A stretch of DNA of 64,000 nt from assembly GCF_009914755.1 (NCBI RefSeq), contig NC_060926.1. The stretch is one strand, 5' to 3'. The position numbers and the translations under genes were made by a program. The DNA comes from the human T2T-CHM13v2.0 reference genome, Homo sapiens. A model generated the notes under the pieces. That model was not told the origin of the DNA and did no database searches. It was given only the letters and a program-made list of their open reading frames with translations. Below, one piece after another: positions 1 to 14,065 of the stretch (within the stretch, counting starts at the first letter, position 1; every line of letters begins with the position of its first letter).

Positions 1-44
1 GAAAGCCTTCAGGTATGAGTCAGTGTTTTGGGGGTAGAAAACTG

Positions 45-760
45 AGAAAGGGAATTCTAATCAAAGGAATAACCACACACAAAGGCACAGCAATGAGGAA
101 AATCTTGAAGTGTCTGAAAAAGTGAGAAGTTTATAATCTTTGAGGTTTATTCTTCACAAAAAGTACCATCAGGAGATGGGGCTTAAGAGGAAAATCGGAA
201 TATGATGGTGAAAACCTTGGGTTTAGATGAAATGAAAGTTTATATGGATTGGATCTGTGTCTCTGACCAAATCTCATGTCAAATTATAATCTCCAGTGCT
301 GGAGGTGGGGCCCGGTGGGAGGTGATTTGATCATGGGGGCAAATTTCCCTCTTGGTACTGTCTTCGTGTTAGTGAGTTCTTGTGAGATCTGGTTGTTTAA
401 AAGTGTGCAGCACCTCCCCACTCTTTCTCTTGCTCCTGCTCTGGCCATGTGAGATGATCCTGCTTCCCCTTTGTCTTCTGCCATGATTGCTGGCTTCCTG
501 AGGTTTCCCTAGAAGCCAAGCAGATACCAGCATTATGTTTTCTGTATATACTATGGAACCATGAGCCAATTAAACCACTTTTCTTTATAAATTACCCCAG
601 TCTCAGATATTTCTTTATAGCAATACAGGAATAGACTAATATAGTAGGCCATTAGGGTATTTTTAATCATACAGTGGTGGGGAAAGGGGTTGTTATCAGA
701 CTTGCATTTTAGGAGCACGGCTTAGGCAGCAGTGTTGATGAGGTACTGGAGTAGTGAGTG
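45..760 (-). mobile_element. L2 LINE relic, interrupted by the MST LTR
   Basis: Degenerate L2-like motifs on both sides of the LTR (gaattctaatcaaaggaataacc...aaaggcacag; ccattagggtatttttaa...cagacttgcattttagg). Confidence 0.55.
240..643 (+). mobile_element. MSTA/MSTB-type MaLR solo LTR
   Basis: Begins tatatggattggatctgtgtc...aaatctcatgtc; ends ttctttatagcaatacaggaatagactaatata, matching MST consensus termini. Confidence 0.9.
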
Positions 761-1320
761 GTCTGAGAAAGCAACAGAAGTGAATTATAGCCCTTTATCC
801 ACTCCACCTGGACTTCTGGCAGGCTAGGACCACACTCCACTTCTCTCTCTAGCTCTTACAGCAACAGATGTGTGAGCCTTGAAAAGAGATCTAATGAGTA
901 GAATTAAATGTTTAGAACTACTTCTCAAAGATAATTCTATTGCTTTTGGATAGATATAGATCTACTTTTATTTTTGCATATGATTTTTGTATAGCATCTA
1001 TGTTTTAATAAATTAGTATGTAGTTCCCCTTTTTCTCCAAGTTAATGGGTGTCTTTTCCAATATCCAATTTAAAATTATTTATCCTTTTACCTCATTTAA
1101 TGGATTGGCTGAAATAGAAAGATTTTAAGTTTATGAAACTCTGTATAATTTGCCAGAATTTAAAGATCAGAAAAATTTAAACTTAAGTTGGAGGCCTTTA
1201 GTTGGGTTCATCATCCTTTCAGACTTATTGATCATAAAACCCTATTATTGATAGTATTTACACATACTATAAAGACATTATGCTGGATAATTTATATAAA
1301 ACATTTAATATGAAATTTTA

Positions 1321-1720
<400 letters not shown>

Positions 1721-2861
1721 TCAGCAGCAAAAGCAAGAATCAAACTCAGACTGTTCCCAGCACAAACTGTGCATGCTTCCCCTTTCCTTCTGCCACCTCC
1801 CTCCAACCAAAACCAATGCCAACCCTTATGTCTTCACTCTTCCAAAATCACAATCAGTAACATGATTCACTTCAACTTCATTGTTTTTTAAAAATGCAGT
1901 TTCCATGGAAAAACTTTCCTCCCACTCCAGGATTTATAATCCTGCTCTCAGGACCGAAGCACATTTTTTCTTTTCTTAGCCAAGTTAATTACCAGCTTTG
2001 ATTGGGAGCACCTGAAAATTTCCAGCTCATATCTGCTTAACAGGAGTGTGCTATGTAGTTGGAAGACCAAATCGAGTCAATACTCCAGGGTTTCAGAACT
2101 ACTAATCCGTTAGCCAAAGTCACTGAATGATGGAGAGATTAGCATATAAGTACTTTTCTAAGTGCTTTGCATATTTGACAGTATTTTATTCATTTAGAAT
2201 ATATTTTGAGATATATGGAGATAGTTTTATTGTCAATGTCAGTGAAATCTACCTTCCTCTGTTTCCATTGTTGCGGACTTACTTCAGGGCTTTGCCTCTT
2301 GCATAACCATTCTTGCATGGCCAATAAACATGTGGCATTTATCAATTATTAATTCACTTAGCATACACTACTGAGAGCCAGCTTCCTGTCAGACTTGTTC
2401 ACATATGTGCTACCATTTTGCCTTCAAATCAATGTGAGAGATGTTTCATTCTCCCTCCTCCATCATATAAGTAATATGGAAGCCAGAAAATAACTTACCA
2501 TATGACTCAACACAGTGGAGACAGAGCCAGACTTGAAAACCAGCATTCTCCTAGTTTTTCTTTATACCTTAAAGCAGGAGAGCTCTGAGCTCGTGGCTGT
2601 GGGAGGAATCCATGCGGTGAAGAGCAAGGGGAAAAAGAGCACCGGAAAATACTTTCCACTTTTACCACAGCCGTAGCCAGTCACCTGTTTCTCTGGTAGC
2701 CCCTGTATTTCCCCTAAGAGGCATCAGCTGTCAGAGGCTAGAAGCGAGAAGGATCTCTGAAGGTGGGAAAGCTTGGCCTTGGAACAAGAGTAAGATTTTA
2801 AAAAATGAAGAGAACAGCAGAAGGAAACTATGATTTGATGAAGTGTCAATAGAAGGAATGT

Positions 2862-3053
2862 GACATTATTGAGTGTTTAAGATCTTTACAGGCATTCTGC
2901 TAGACATTTTCACTTGCATTATTTCATTAAATCTTACAAAACTACTACATTATTAGTCCCACTTTAGATATGAGGAAACTGAAGTTAAGGGGGAGTAAAT
3001 GTCTTGCCTCAAATCACACAGCTAGAAAGTGGTAAATGCAGAAGCAAAACCTG
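2862..3053 (-). mobile_element. MIR SINE
   Basis: Core cccactttagatatgaggaaactgaagttaag...cttgcctcaaatcacacagctagaaagtgg. Confidence 0.85.
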
Positions 3054-3231
3054 AATAACTGAGTGCCCACAATGAGTCAATTTCTGAAGACTCTGGAATG
3101 AAAGACAAAACATACTAGGAAGCTTTGGGTGGGGGTTGGGGACAGACACATACTCTCATATAAGCAAAAATAGTTCACTAGGAAAACAGAGAAGGGACTC
3201 CAACCCAGGCTGGGAAGTCATGAAAAGACCT

Positions 3232-3416
3232 ATTTTATATTTTTAATTTGCTTTATTTTTAAATTTTAGATTCAAGAGGTATGTGTGCATGTTTGTTACA
3301 TTGATATATTGTGCGATGCTGAGGTTTGAGTTTCAACTGAATGCATATCTCAAGTGGTGAACATAATAGTTGACAGGTAGTTTTTCAACCCTTGCCTCCT
3401 TCCCTCCCCACTTTTG
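3232..3416 (-). mobile_element. Short L1 3' end (L1PB/old L1PA type)
   Basis: T-rich tail then ttttagattcaagaggtatgtgtgcatgtttgttac...ggtagtttttcaaccc; flanked by near-TSD gaaaagacct/gaaaagatct. Confidence 0.85.
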
Positions 3417-3584
3417 GAAAAGATCTTTGGATCCTTGAAGAAAGAGGTAGCTGAGGCTAGTTTAAAGCAACACTTGGGTGAAAGAATCAAGCCAGACACC
3501 CAGGAGAATTAGAACGTTAGTTTGGGCAGGTGTTTTAGAGTTTGGAATCACCTGCTAAGAAGTTTGGGCATGATTCTAAAGGCA

Positions 3585-3653
3585 GTGTGGTATCTATAAG
3601 TCTATCTATTCATCCATCTCACTGGTTCTATCTCTCTGAAGAACCCTAATACA
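3585..3653 (+). mobile_element. MLT2 (ERVL) LTR 3'-end fragment
   Basis: ggttctatctctctgaagaaccctaataca is the MLT2 terminal motif. Confidence 0.55.
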
Positions 3654-3917
3654 AGGGGTTAAGAGCTAAGCGGGTGTGTCCTCTCCGCTGGAGACAGGCT
3701 TCAGTCTGATTCCACCTGGAAGCTCCAGGGTACAAGTTGCAATGTGAATTCCACCTACCTGGAGGTGTTTGTGTTTGGCTGAGAGCAATTGTCAAAGAAG
3801 GGTCAGCAACGAATTGCTGTCAGTATCTGGGAGACAGGTCAGCAACTGGTAAAGATATCAGGATGAGCACCAAGAGCTTCCACTACAGTAGTGGCTTTCA
3901 AAGTGCATTACACTGGG

Positions 3918-4563
<646 letters not shown>

Positions 4564-4741
4564 ATCAGTTCCATGTGCTTCCCTAACTCTGAAAACCAAA
4601 GTTGGAGCCTGCAGAAATATGCTTCATTCCAGCCCAATGTCAGGAGTAGACAACACAGGAAAGACAGGAAGGGGCAGTGCTTGCTCTGAAGACCCAGCCA
4701 TAGGGCTTTAGGAGTTGTTGAAGCCAAATGTATTGAATAGC

Positions 4742-5198
4742 TATTATGGGTTGACTCGCGTGTCCAAAAATCTATGTTAAAGTTCTAATGCCCAGTACCT
4801 CAGAATATGACTTTCTGTGGGTTTTTATAAGTGTTAAGTAGTTAAGATAAGGCCATAGATGAGGTCATACTGGAGTAAGGTGGCCCTTAATTCAATATGG
4901 CTGGTGTCTATATTAGAAGAGGGAAGACAAAATGAAGACAGATACACAAGGAGAGCCCCATATGATGACAGAGGCAGAGATTGGAGAGCAAGTCAAGGAC
5001 ATCAAGGCTTGGCAGCCACCACGGGGAGCTAGGAAGAGAGGTGAGGAAGAATTCCACCCGGAGCATCAGAGGCAGCACAACCCTGTGGACATCTTATTTC
5101 AGATGTCACAGCTCTAGAACCATAGGATACTAAAATTCTATTGTTTTAAGTCACCTAACTTGTGATACTGGGTGTATAAAAACCCCAGGAAACATACA
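4742..5198 (+). mobile_element. MLT1C-type MaLR solo LTR
   Basis: tattatgggttga...cagtacctcagaatatgac...gaggtcatactggagtaagg...gaggcagagattggag...ttgttttaagtcacc...ggaaacataca. Confidence 0.88.
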
Positions 5199-5587
5199 AG
5201 AGCTGATGAGTTAATGATGGAGAAATTTAATGCTCCTTTCCTTCTTGTCTGGAGCTTAAGCCGTTCTTATTTCTCCATAAGGAAAGCTTGGGTTTGAAGT
5301 CTCTGGGACTGAATATATGCTATCAAACCTTAACAGTGTTTATCTTCACAGAACACTGATGAAAGCTCTTGGGCTTCCCCTCCTCCATTTCCATCATATG
5401 AATATAAATCTTTGCTAGGGATTGTCTGTCTCTCCCGTTGCCTTTACCGTGAGGAGAAGCTCTTAGGCACACCCTTGCTGCAGTCCTTCTGCAAGGTTGC
5501 TACATACCACATACCCAATTCCATCATAACTAGCAATTTCTAGAACAGGGTTATCAGTTTTCTGAGAGGAAATTTTAAAAATTTAAA

Positions 5588-5620
5588 ACACACACACACA
5601 CACACACATACACACACATG
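5588..5620 (+). repeat. (CA)n microsatellite
   Basis: Directly visible CA run with one interruption. Confidence 0.95.
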
Positions 5621-6154
5621 CACATGACATTTTAAAAACCTTGCCTCTGTGGTCAGTATAAACGGACAAATATCAAGGCCGGACGCCCTTTGATGTGGAA
5701 ATGTCTGTGATGCCTGACAGGACCCAACATTTGTAAATCAGGAATTGAAGCTAATACTGACTGCAGGAGATAAGGCAGAGCCAAACTTCCACTTCCATCA
5801 CCTCAGAATAAGTGTCAGTCCTTCTAAAGGCGCATTTTGAGTGCGAATCACAGGATGAGTCAGACCAAGTGTTCTTATTTAGATAGTAGTGAAATCAGGC
5901 CTTAGAGAATTGTTAGTCAGCAAAACTAAATTTTAGTAAGGCCATGCTCTGGGAAAGGAAATGAAGAGATCTGAAACCAAATTTAGACCTTCCAGAGACC
6001 AAAAACAGCAAGGTATAGAAAAGAAAGATCCAAGCCTTGCTTCTCCTGCCTAATGTGAACAGGAGAGAGGCTGGAGCAGGTGGCAGGAAGAGGAAGACTC
6101 ACTCACTTTGCAAAATTCTGTGAGCTCCTTACAACCACACAAACAGCATCAAAA

Positions 6155-7019
6155 CACTTTCTTACTGGATTTAGAATGGCTGAAATCCAGAACATTGACA
6201 CTACCAGCCCTAGAAAGAATGCAGGGCAACGAAAACTCTCATTCATTGCTGGTAGGAATGCAAAATAGTACATCCACTTTGGAAAACAGTTTGGCTGTTT
6301 CTTACAAAGCTAAACATACTCTTACCATAAAATCTAGCAATCATGCTCTTTGATATTTACCCAGAGGAGTTAAAAACTTATGTCTACACAAATGTTTATA
6401 GCAGCTTTATTCATACGTGTCAAAATTTGAACAACCAAGACATCCTTCAGTAGTTTGATGAATAAATAAACTGTGGTACATCCAGATAGTGGAATATTAT
6501 GCAATGCTAAAGGGAAATGAGCTATCATGTCAAGAAAATACATGGAGGAAACTTAAATTCATGCTACTAAGTTAGCCAAGTCAATCTGAAAAGATCACTA
6601 TTGTACATTTCCAGGTATATGACATCTAGAAAAGGCAAAATTATGGAGATGGCAAAAAAAATTCTACGTTTGCCAGAGATTAGGGAAAGGAATGAATTGG
6701 CAGAACACAGAGGATTTTTAGAGCAGTGAAACTAATTTTTATGATACGATAATGGTTAATATATGTCACTGTACATTTGTTCAAACTCAGAATATATAAA
6801 ACAAAGAGTGAACCCTAATGTAAAATGTGGACTTTGAGTGATTAAGACATGTCCATGTAGGTTCACCAGTTATAACAAACGTACCACCCTTGTCCAGACA
6901 TTGATAATGGAGGAAGTTATATCTGGGTGGGGGAAGATGATATGCAGAAAATCTGTACGTTCTGCTCAATTTTGCTGTGAATCTAAGACTGTTCCAAAAA
7001 ATGAAGACTATTTTAAAAA
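6155..7019 (+). mobile_element. L1MC1/2-type 3' end (ORF2 end and 3' UTR)
   Basis: actctcattcattgctggtaggaatgcaaaatagtaca; agagtgaaccctaatgtaaa...gtaggttcaccagttataacaaacgtacc. Confidence 0.88.
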
Positions 7020-7964
7020 CACATACACACACTGTCTTATGGTATCTTCCCTCAGTTATTAGGCTTCTTCCACTGCCAAATAATCTTCTTTTTCACCTTA
7101 GCCACAGCCTCACCTTCAGTATGCCTTCTGTCTCATCCACATGGTAGTCATTCCCTTACTCCATGGTCTCAGAAGTTTAGTTCATCATGGCTGGCTACTG
7201 TCTAGGTCCATAAATGTAGATGTAGCTCTCCAACAGAGACCCTGGACGGTAGGGGTTTGAACTTCTCCTGTAACTAATTCTGTAGGATGATGGATTAAAA
7301 ACACGCTTTGGATGAAGAAAGATGCCTCAGGACATCCTATCTTAGTCACCCACCAGATGTGAGACAAAAGAAAGTTATGGTAAAAAAATGTCAGTTCTGC
7401 GACTTCTGTAACTTTCAACAGTTATTTCTGCCCTCTAGCATAATCCTAGTAATGAGTAATATACATTAAATCGCCAGTGAACAGGGGCATTGACTGCATT
7501 TTTAAAAATTATTTAACTTAAATACCCTCTAGTCTTAAGATAGATTTCTTTGAATCTGGCCTCATTTTATTTGCTGCCTTCCTTTGCTTTAAAATTCCGA
7601 CCTAACTCACTAAGCAAACAACAGAGGCTCAAAATGTTCAAGAACCTCCAAAATTAGGTACGTTCATTGTGGAAGGATACATCATATCATCATTCTTTCA
7701 AGTAATTATGAAATTCTATATTTTACTTGATTGACTATGTCTGAAAAAAGATAGGAAATATAAAAGAACTAGAACTCTGTTTAGTTGCATCCTCACTATC
7801 TTCCAAGCACTGTGCCAGGCTGTGAGAATAAAGTCTTGAAAATGATACTGTATTTGCCCTTGATGTGCCAGTATTAGTAGAAGGAAAATGACTGTTATGA
7901 CAATTACTAGGCTGGAAGTGAGAAAGGAAAATAAAGAGGTAGACAAGTGCCTGAATATAAAGAA

Positions 7965-8755
7965 AGAAACTAACTTTGCAAAGATTATGGCAGAGAAATC
8001 TAACACAGCTGACTCCATCTTGCTTATAACCTTACAAGTTAATAGCCCTTGCTCATTTCTGGGCACAGGCCAAGCTAACTACGAGAGGAATTTAGTTTAC
8101 ACTTTAAAGGAAGGACGATAATAGCTCCTTCCTGAAACTAACTCTCCTTGTTTGGGGAATGAAACTGCCTTTGTAAAAACTGATGAAAGGTCACAAGTTT
8201 AAAATTATGATAGGGGCTTGAATTCTGCTAAGCTATAAACATAGTTAAGTGATAGCCAGCCATTGTTCCCTATCTTGATTACTGCTAGGAGTTTTGTAGC
8301 TGGAGGTCACAAGATTTGTAACTTCCCCAATTGTTCCTATAGATAACAGCCATATTGTCAAAACCTAAGTTTGGTCTTTGAGATATTTTTCAGATGTTTG
8401 CATTCAAGCAGACCAACCAAGGCCACCTGAACCCATGAGTCATACCAAGGAACTGACTCAAATGGTCCAGTGACCCCTACCTAGAAATTGACTCAGTACA
8501 TGAAGACAATTCGGATACATCTATGATTTCATCCTTAACCAATAAACAGCACCCATTCCCTAGCCCCCTGCCCACCACATCATTCTTTTAAACTCTAGCC
8601 TCTAAGCTCTCAGGGAGATGGATTTGAGAAATAGCTCTTATCCTCCTGCCCAGACACCTTGTGGTAATTGAACTTTTTCTCTGCGGCAATGCTACTATCG
8701 CCATGTATTGGCTTTTTTTCTGCAGCAGGCAAAAAGAACATGCTGGACAATTACA
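7965..8755 (+). mobile_element. LTR8-family (LTR8/8A/8B, ERV1) solo LTR
   Basis: gaaactaactttgcaaagattatg...gactccatcttgctt...caggccaagctaactacgagaggaatttagttta...ctatgatttcatc...ggacaattaca. Confidence 0.85.
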
Positions 8756-10547
8756 ATAATATTTTAGAATAAAAAGCTGAAACTTGATTTTACAATAGAG
8801 AGCATTAACTTCTGTGTTTAAAACACAGATAAAGATAAGATAAGTTGAGGAAATTTCTCAGGTAGAAATATAGGAACTGTTTTAGAAGGAACAAATCTGG
8901 AAGAGGGATGAAGAGACTTCTTAGTTTACTGTTGCAATTATCTAAGGAGCAGATGATAAATCTTAAAAGTTTATGGTAGTCATCTGAAGAGGCAGTGAGG
9001 GTAAGCCTGGCTCTCTGCAAACTCTGTGCAAGATGAACTAATCTGGTAACAATTTGCTAGTTGAATAAGAACAAAAAAAGTTAATAGGATATCTCCAAAG
9101 ACCATGATAAAAATATCTCCAGAAAAATGCTTTTCTCAACCCCTACCTCTGTACTACACTGTGTAAAGCTGGCAGGAATAAAATGCTAGATTTTTAGAAA
9201 ATAGTAATTTTGGGATAGCATTTAGACAACTTTCTCATGTAGAGAAAAATAATTTTAAATATTAACTGAAATATATATTGCTTGTGAATTTTTCTCGTCA
9301 TCATTCCACCATTCAATTATCTGTAAAGCTGAGACTTAAAGCCCTAAAAAAGAGAAGTCATAAATGACTCTAGTGGTAACTACAAGTTAATCTTTAACAA
9401 TGACTTCATAAATTGGTTCTTAGAAGTTTATGGCACGGAGGCAGTAACCCTCTGTTGCTCAGTCTATAGAAATGAGTTTTATTGTTTCTCAGATATATTC
9501 CCTACTACTCTTCGATGACAATTCAAGCTGAACCATGACTTGCTATTCACCCTTGATTTTAAAAGCAAACCCTGTTTTCGTAATTATTTCAGGCACTAAA
9601 ACTAGTCATCTGAAAGTAAATCAAAAGTGATTTCTCTCATCCCAATGAAAGTTTCATACTCTGCCCCAACACAAACTCAGTTGAGGGACTTAAAGTGAAT
9701 AGCATTTCCATCTACCTCTTTAGGCTCTTCTCAAAAAGGGGAAAAAAAATATTTTTCATTTCTCAGGTCCTGCTCTCATGGTCTCTTCAGGCTAGTGCTG
9801 ACTATCCAGTGATGTTCTCGGTGCAGCAGATGTCTACATGCTTATTCTTTCCAGATAAAGCATCTGGGTTTTCCAGAATCCTTGTGATAACCTCACATTG
9901 CACAGATTCCTGACATTGACACCTGGACCTTTAGTCAATTCCTCTCACCTCCATTTCTGCCCCTGGGAACACATTTCACAGATTCTGCTGGCTTCCCTTT
10001 GCCCCAAAGCACACCCTATTGGGCAAATAAAAGATGGCTTGATTCTAGCTACTTTCCACAGTATCCATTTGGGCCACTCTCAAACATCCTGCTGTACCAA
10101 ACAGCAAAGGGTAGTCTTCCCTTGACTGCCTCTTTCCTTGCTCTCCCAACAGAGTTGCTCCCAACAGTGTTGCTCCAGCCACCTACTGCTGCTGAGCTAG
10201 AAGCATGCACCATATTCTATGGTTACCAGACCACCTGTAATAAGTTCTCCTAAGAATTGCTTCATAGTACTATACTCTGATGTGCTGCACTGCACTTATG
10301 ACTTATGAATTTTACAGCTCAGCAACATCCACCTGGAGAGGGTGATCCCATTCTCTTTCCTGCTGACACCCTAGATCTCTCTAAGTGAAATTCTTTTGGA
10401 GAATCCCTTCCATATCACTGAACAATGAAAATAGAAAAGCTTCAAGTATGATTACTACCGACAATTTTTTCATGTCCTTTAACCAATTTCCTTGGAATTC
10501 CTAGGCTCCTATTTGCATAGGTTGTTTGAGGAGGGAAGGATAGGGAT

Positions 10548-12240
10548 TGTAAGATGGGTTTGGTAACCTCTCAGTAAGCACTGGAAGAGGTAACTGGCAG
10601 CAACTTTGTTCTCTATTTAAAATTTCAGGGTACTTTTTGTTCTCAGGTTTGGGGTTTCAGCCAAAATTCCAAAACAATGGAAAAAGCCTCATTTGGTATC
10701 CGACTTTATCAACTTTGAAACTGAAAGAGACTTTTGTCACTGTCACTGTTGTTTTTAGCTCTTTAAGAACTCTAGTACTGAGAATACAGAGTTCAGCTAC
10801 CAACCATGGAGTGGGAAGGGAAAATTGCTGACCTAAGAGTTGTACAACAACCATGTGTGGAAATGATAAGAAAAAGTTCTGCATTAAACATGGGTGATGG
10901 GTATAGCTTGGGATTGAGATGTAAGTGTGTCTCCGTGTGTGAGAGTTGGTGGGGGAGACTTACTTTATGCTCCATTTTTGGGGTCAAAACCTTGGGAATG
11001 AAGGGTGGTAGAGAGAACTAGAATACCATTTGACCCAGCCATCCCATTACTGGGTATATACCCAAAGGATTATAAGTCATGCTGCTATAAAGACACATGC
11101 ACATGTATGTTTATTGAGGCACTATTCACAATAGCAAAGACTTGGAACCAACCCAAATGTCCAACAATGATAGACTGGATTAAGAAAATGCGGCACATAT
11201 ACACCATGGAATACTATGCAGCCATAAAAAAGGATGAGTTCATGTCCTTTGTAGGGACATGGATGAAGCTGGAAACCATCATTCTCAGCAAACTATCGCA
11301 AGGACAAAAAACCAAACACCGCATGTTCTCACTCATAGGTGGGAATTGAACAATGAGAACACATGGACACAGGAAGGGGAACATCACACACTGGGGCCTG
11401 TTGTGGGGTGGGGGGAGGAGGGATAGCATTGGGAGATATACCTAATGTTAAATGATGAGTTAATGGGTGCAGCACACAAACATGGCACATGTATACATAT
11501 GTGACAAACCTGCACGTTGTGCACATGTACCCTAAAACTTAAAGTATAATAAAAAAAAAAAGAAAAGAAAACCTTAAATAAGTTTAGAGGATCTCAAAGC
11601 TGAGAAAGTTTCTCTCTCCTTGGGCTATGGCCTGCAAATATCACAAACCACTTAGCTACTGGGTAGAGCAGCAACAGCTACAGGAAGACCTGAAGAAACT
11701 ATCTTTGAGTCTCCTGCAGTGCCAACTGTCACAGGGGAGCATCTGAAAGTGTCTGAAGTGCAAGCAGATGAGAAGAGCCCTCCAGGTTGGAATAGGAAGG
11801 AGACAGAGTATGTTACAACTGGAGACCATGGTGAATCAGGCCAGCAGACAATATAGCTCTCTCAGGAGCAGGGCTGATGATCAAGACCTGGCAGGATGAG
11901 ACACAGCTCAGTAGTGGTCTGCAAAAATACACAATGGGCTGGGACTACATGCCCACCTCCCATCCTACCCTGTCCCCACTCCAGGCCAAGAGCTTCCAAA
12001 CCCTGATACTGCCACAGGAAAAAGAAGGAAGCGGGAGGAACTGAGATAAATGGGTTTGATGAAGTAGTTACTTAAATGAGATTAGATTTTGGAAAATTTA
12101 CCTTAACTTGTGAGATTTAGTTTTCTGCACCGGAAAAAAAAAAAGGGTGGATCATGAGCCAAGCTGAATCAGATATTGAGAAATATAAAGATATTCTTTG
12201 TGTACTCTGAACTTCACGTTCAGTTTTAAAGATAAATACA
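10548..12240 (+). mobile_element. Ancient LTR (LTR78-like), split by L1PA
   Basis: TG...CA ends and a 3' stretch gtgagatttagttttctgcacc...ataaagatattctttgtgtac resembling my recall of LTR78; highly diverged. Confidence 0.4.
11013..11566 (+). mobile_element. 5'-truncated L1PA (L1PA4-like) 3' end
   Basis: ORF2 C-terminus IPFDPAIPLLGIYPKDYKSCCYKDTCT...HRMFSLIGGN; 3' UTR cctaatgttaaatgatgag; poly(A). Confidence 0.97.
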
Positions 12241-12604
12241 TTGAAGACAGGGCTGGAGGGTGTGCCTCTGAATTTAAATACAGTTTGGGATGAAACTAGA
12301 TCTCCACTCTTGATTTTAATTACTGTCTTAAACCAAAAGGGATAATTTCCAGAATCACCATGGAATGGTTTGGAGCATTTAAAGAAGGAAGCATTTTGCC
12401 AATACATTTCCTTTGGATGTGATGAATCCTGCACTGCCACAGCCAAGTTGTGTGAATAAAGCCAAAACCAAAATCTCTAAATAATGTGTTCCTTTCCTTA
12501 ATCCCCATCTATTTGGACACACGTCTATGTGCATTCAAATTGGCATCAGAATACTTGCAAGGCTTTACTCTCATTTGAAACAATTGAGATATACTACCTA
12601 GATA

Positions 12605-12790
12605 CACAGGCAGCATACTATGGCCATTTAGCAAGAAGGCTTTAGAGTTAGCTTGACAGGGGCCAAATCCTCAGTCTATAATTTATTAGATTTGTAATCT
12701 TAGGCAAATTCTTTAAATTCAGTGTGCCCCAGTTTCCCTTTTTTATAAAGTAAAAATAATTGTAGTATTTATCTCATGAGTTGTCATAAA
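12605..12790 (+). mobile_element. MIR SINE
   Basis: tgtaatcttaggcaaattctttaa...cccagtttccc...ataaagtaaaaataat core. Confidence 0.75.
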
Positions 12791-13099
12791 TCTCAAGCCA
12801 ACATTTATATACATGGGCATGTATAAAGGAGTGAGTTCTCCATCATTTCAAATATTCAAGTTTAGGCTGGACAGCCACATGGTGGGGGTGTTGCATTGGA
12901 CTGAATAACTGCTGAGATCCTTTCCAAATATGACTATCCTTTAGAAAAGAAGGTCCAGTGCCAAAGAACAAAATTCACTTTGAGATAAACCCAACTGATG
13001 GCTCTCATTTTGAAAAGGAGGCCAAAGACACACAAACTATTTCAAACTAAGATAGAAATAGGCCAAGTCACCTTGCTGTTGACTCAGCAGCCAGAGAAT

Positions 13100-13342
13100 C
13101 ACGGAGAGTATGCTGGAGTTAAAGTCAGGAGAACTGGGCTGGAGTCCCAGTGCTGCTCTTGGCTGTGTGGTCATGGGTTAGTTAGGTAATGGATGTGGTT
13201 TGCAGTTTCTTCATTTCTAAAATGGGTGTACAAGTTTTTTTTTTATTATTTTCCCTCAAAAAGTATTCATGAAGATTAAATGAGCCAATGTAAAATTGCT
13301 TTGAAAATGGTAAATCACAGTATAAATACAGGTATTATCATT
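13100..13342 (+). mobile_element. MIR SINE
   Basis: agtcaggagaactggg...cagtttcttcatttctaaaatggg...gaagattaaatgag...tattatcatt. Confidence 0.75.
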
Positions 13343-13744
13343 TGAAGAGCTCAAATTACACTACATTACACTATACATCATTAGTTCTGAAAATAACATA
13401 CATAACCTCAAACCCTGGCTGAGAATAAGCTATTACTTTAAATATCATGTTGGGTATAGAAGCTGAAAAAACTGCCACTTTGTAGATTCCTGCATGTTTT
13501 CTCAACTACTCAAGAGTGGAGACTTTAATTTACCTTTAAGGCAGGTAATGACTTTATTTTGGGGAAAAACAGAAAACACAGAACCATGCCATATATTTAT
13601 GCAATATAAGTTAGGTCTTACTTGCTGTTTTTAGGAAGCCAGAGGTCATCTTCCACCTGAATACTGATGTCTTAGACCCAGAACTTCTCTGTTTCTCCTC
13701 TATAAAAATGAGATGTATCTTTTATCAAAGATTTTCTCTACAGA

Positions 13745-14065
13745 TTTTCACTCAAATATTTATGGAACCTCCTCTCTATGCCAGGAGAGTTAGAGTGTTA
13801 AAAAGTCTGACCTACTCCTAATGGTGTTCACCAGTTACTACAGGAGACAGAAAAAATAAGCAACAATTACACAAATAATTAATGATGATAAATGTATGAA
13901 GGACAATGAGTCAGTGAAAAGTACTATGAGGATCTGTAAGAAGAGGACCGATAAATGTGGAGTTAGGATGAATTTAAGTGAGGAAAGAATATTTAACCTG
14001 AGTCTGGAAAGATAAACAGAACTGACCCAGCTGGGAGACACCAGGTGAAAGCAGAATATTCTGGG
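13745..14065 (-). mobile_element. L2 3' end
   Basis: ttcactcaaatatttatggaacctcctctctatgccagg (reverse L2 tail) and downstream L2 motifs. Confidence 0.7.

Noticed and set aside
11005-11349. Intact-looking 114 aa L1 ORF2 C-terminus
   Set aside because: 5'-truncated L1 with no promoter; open only because the copy is young.
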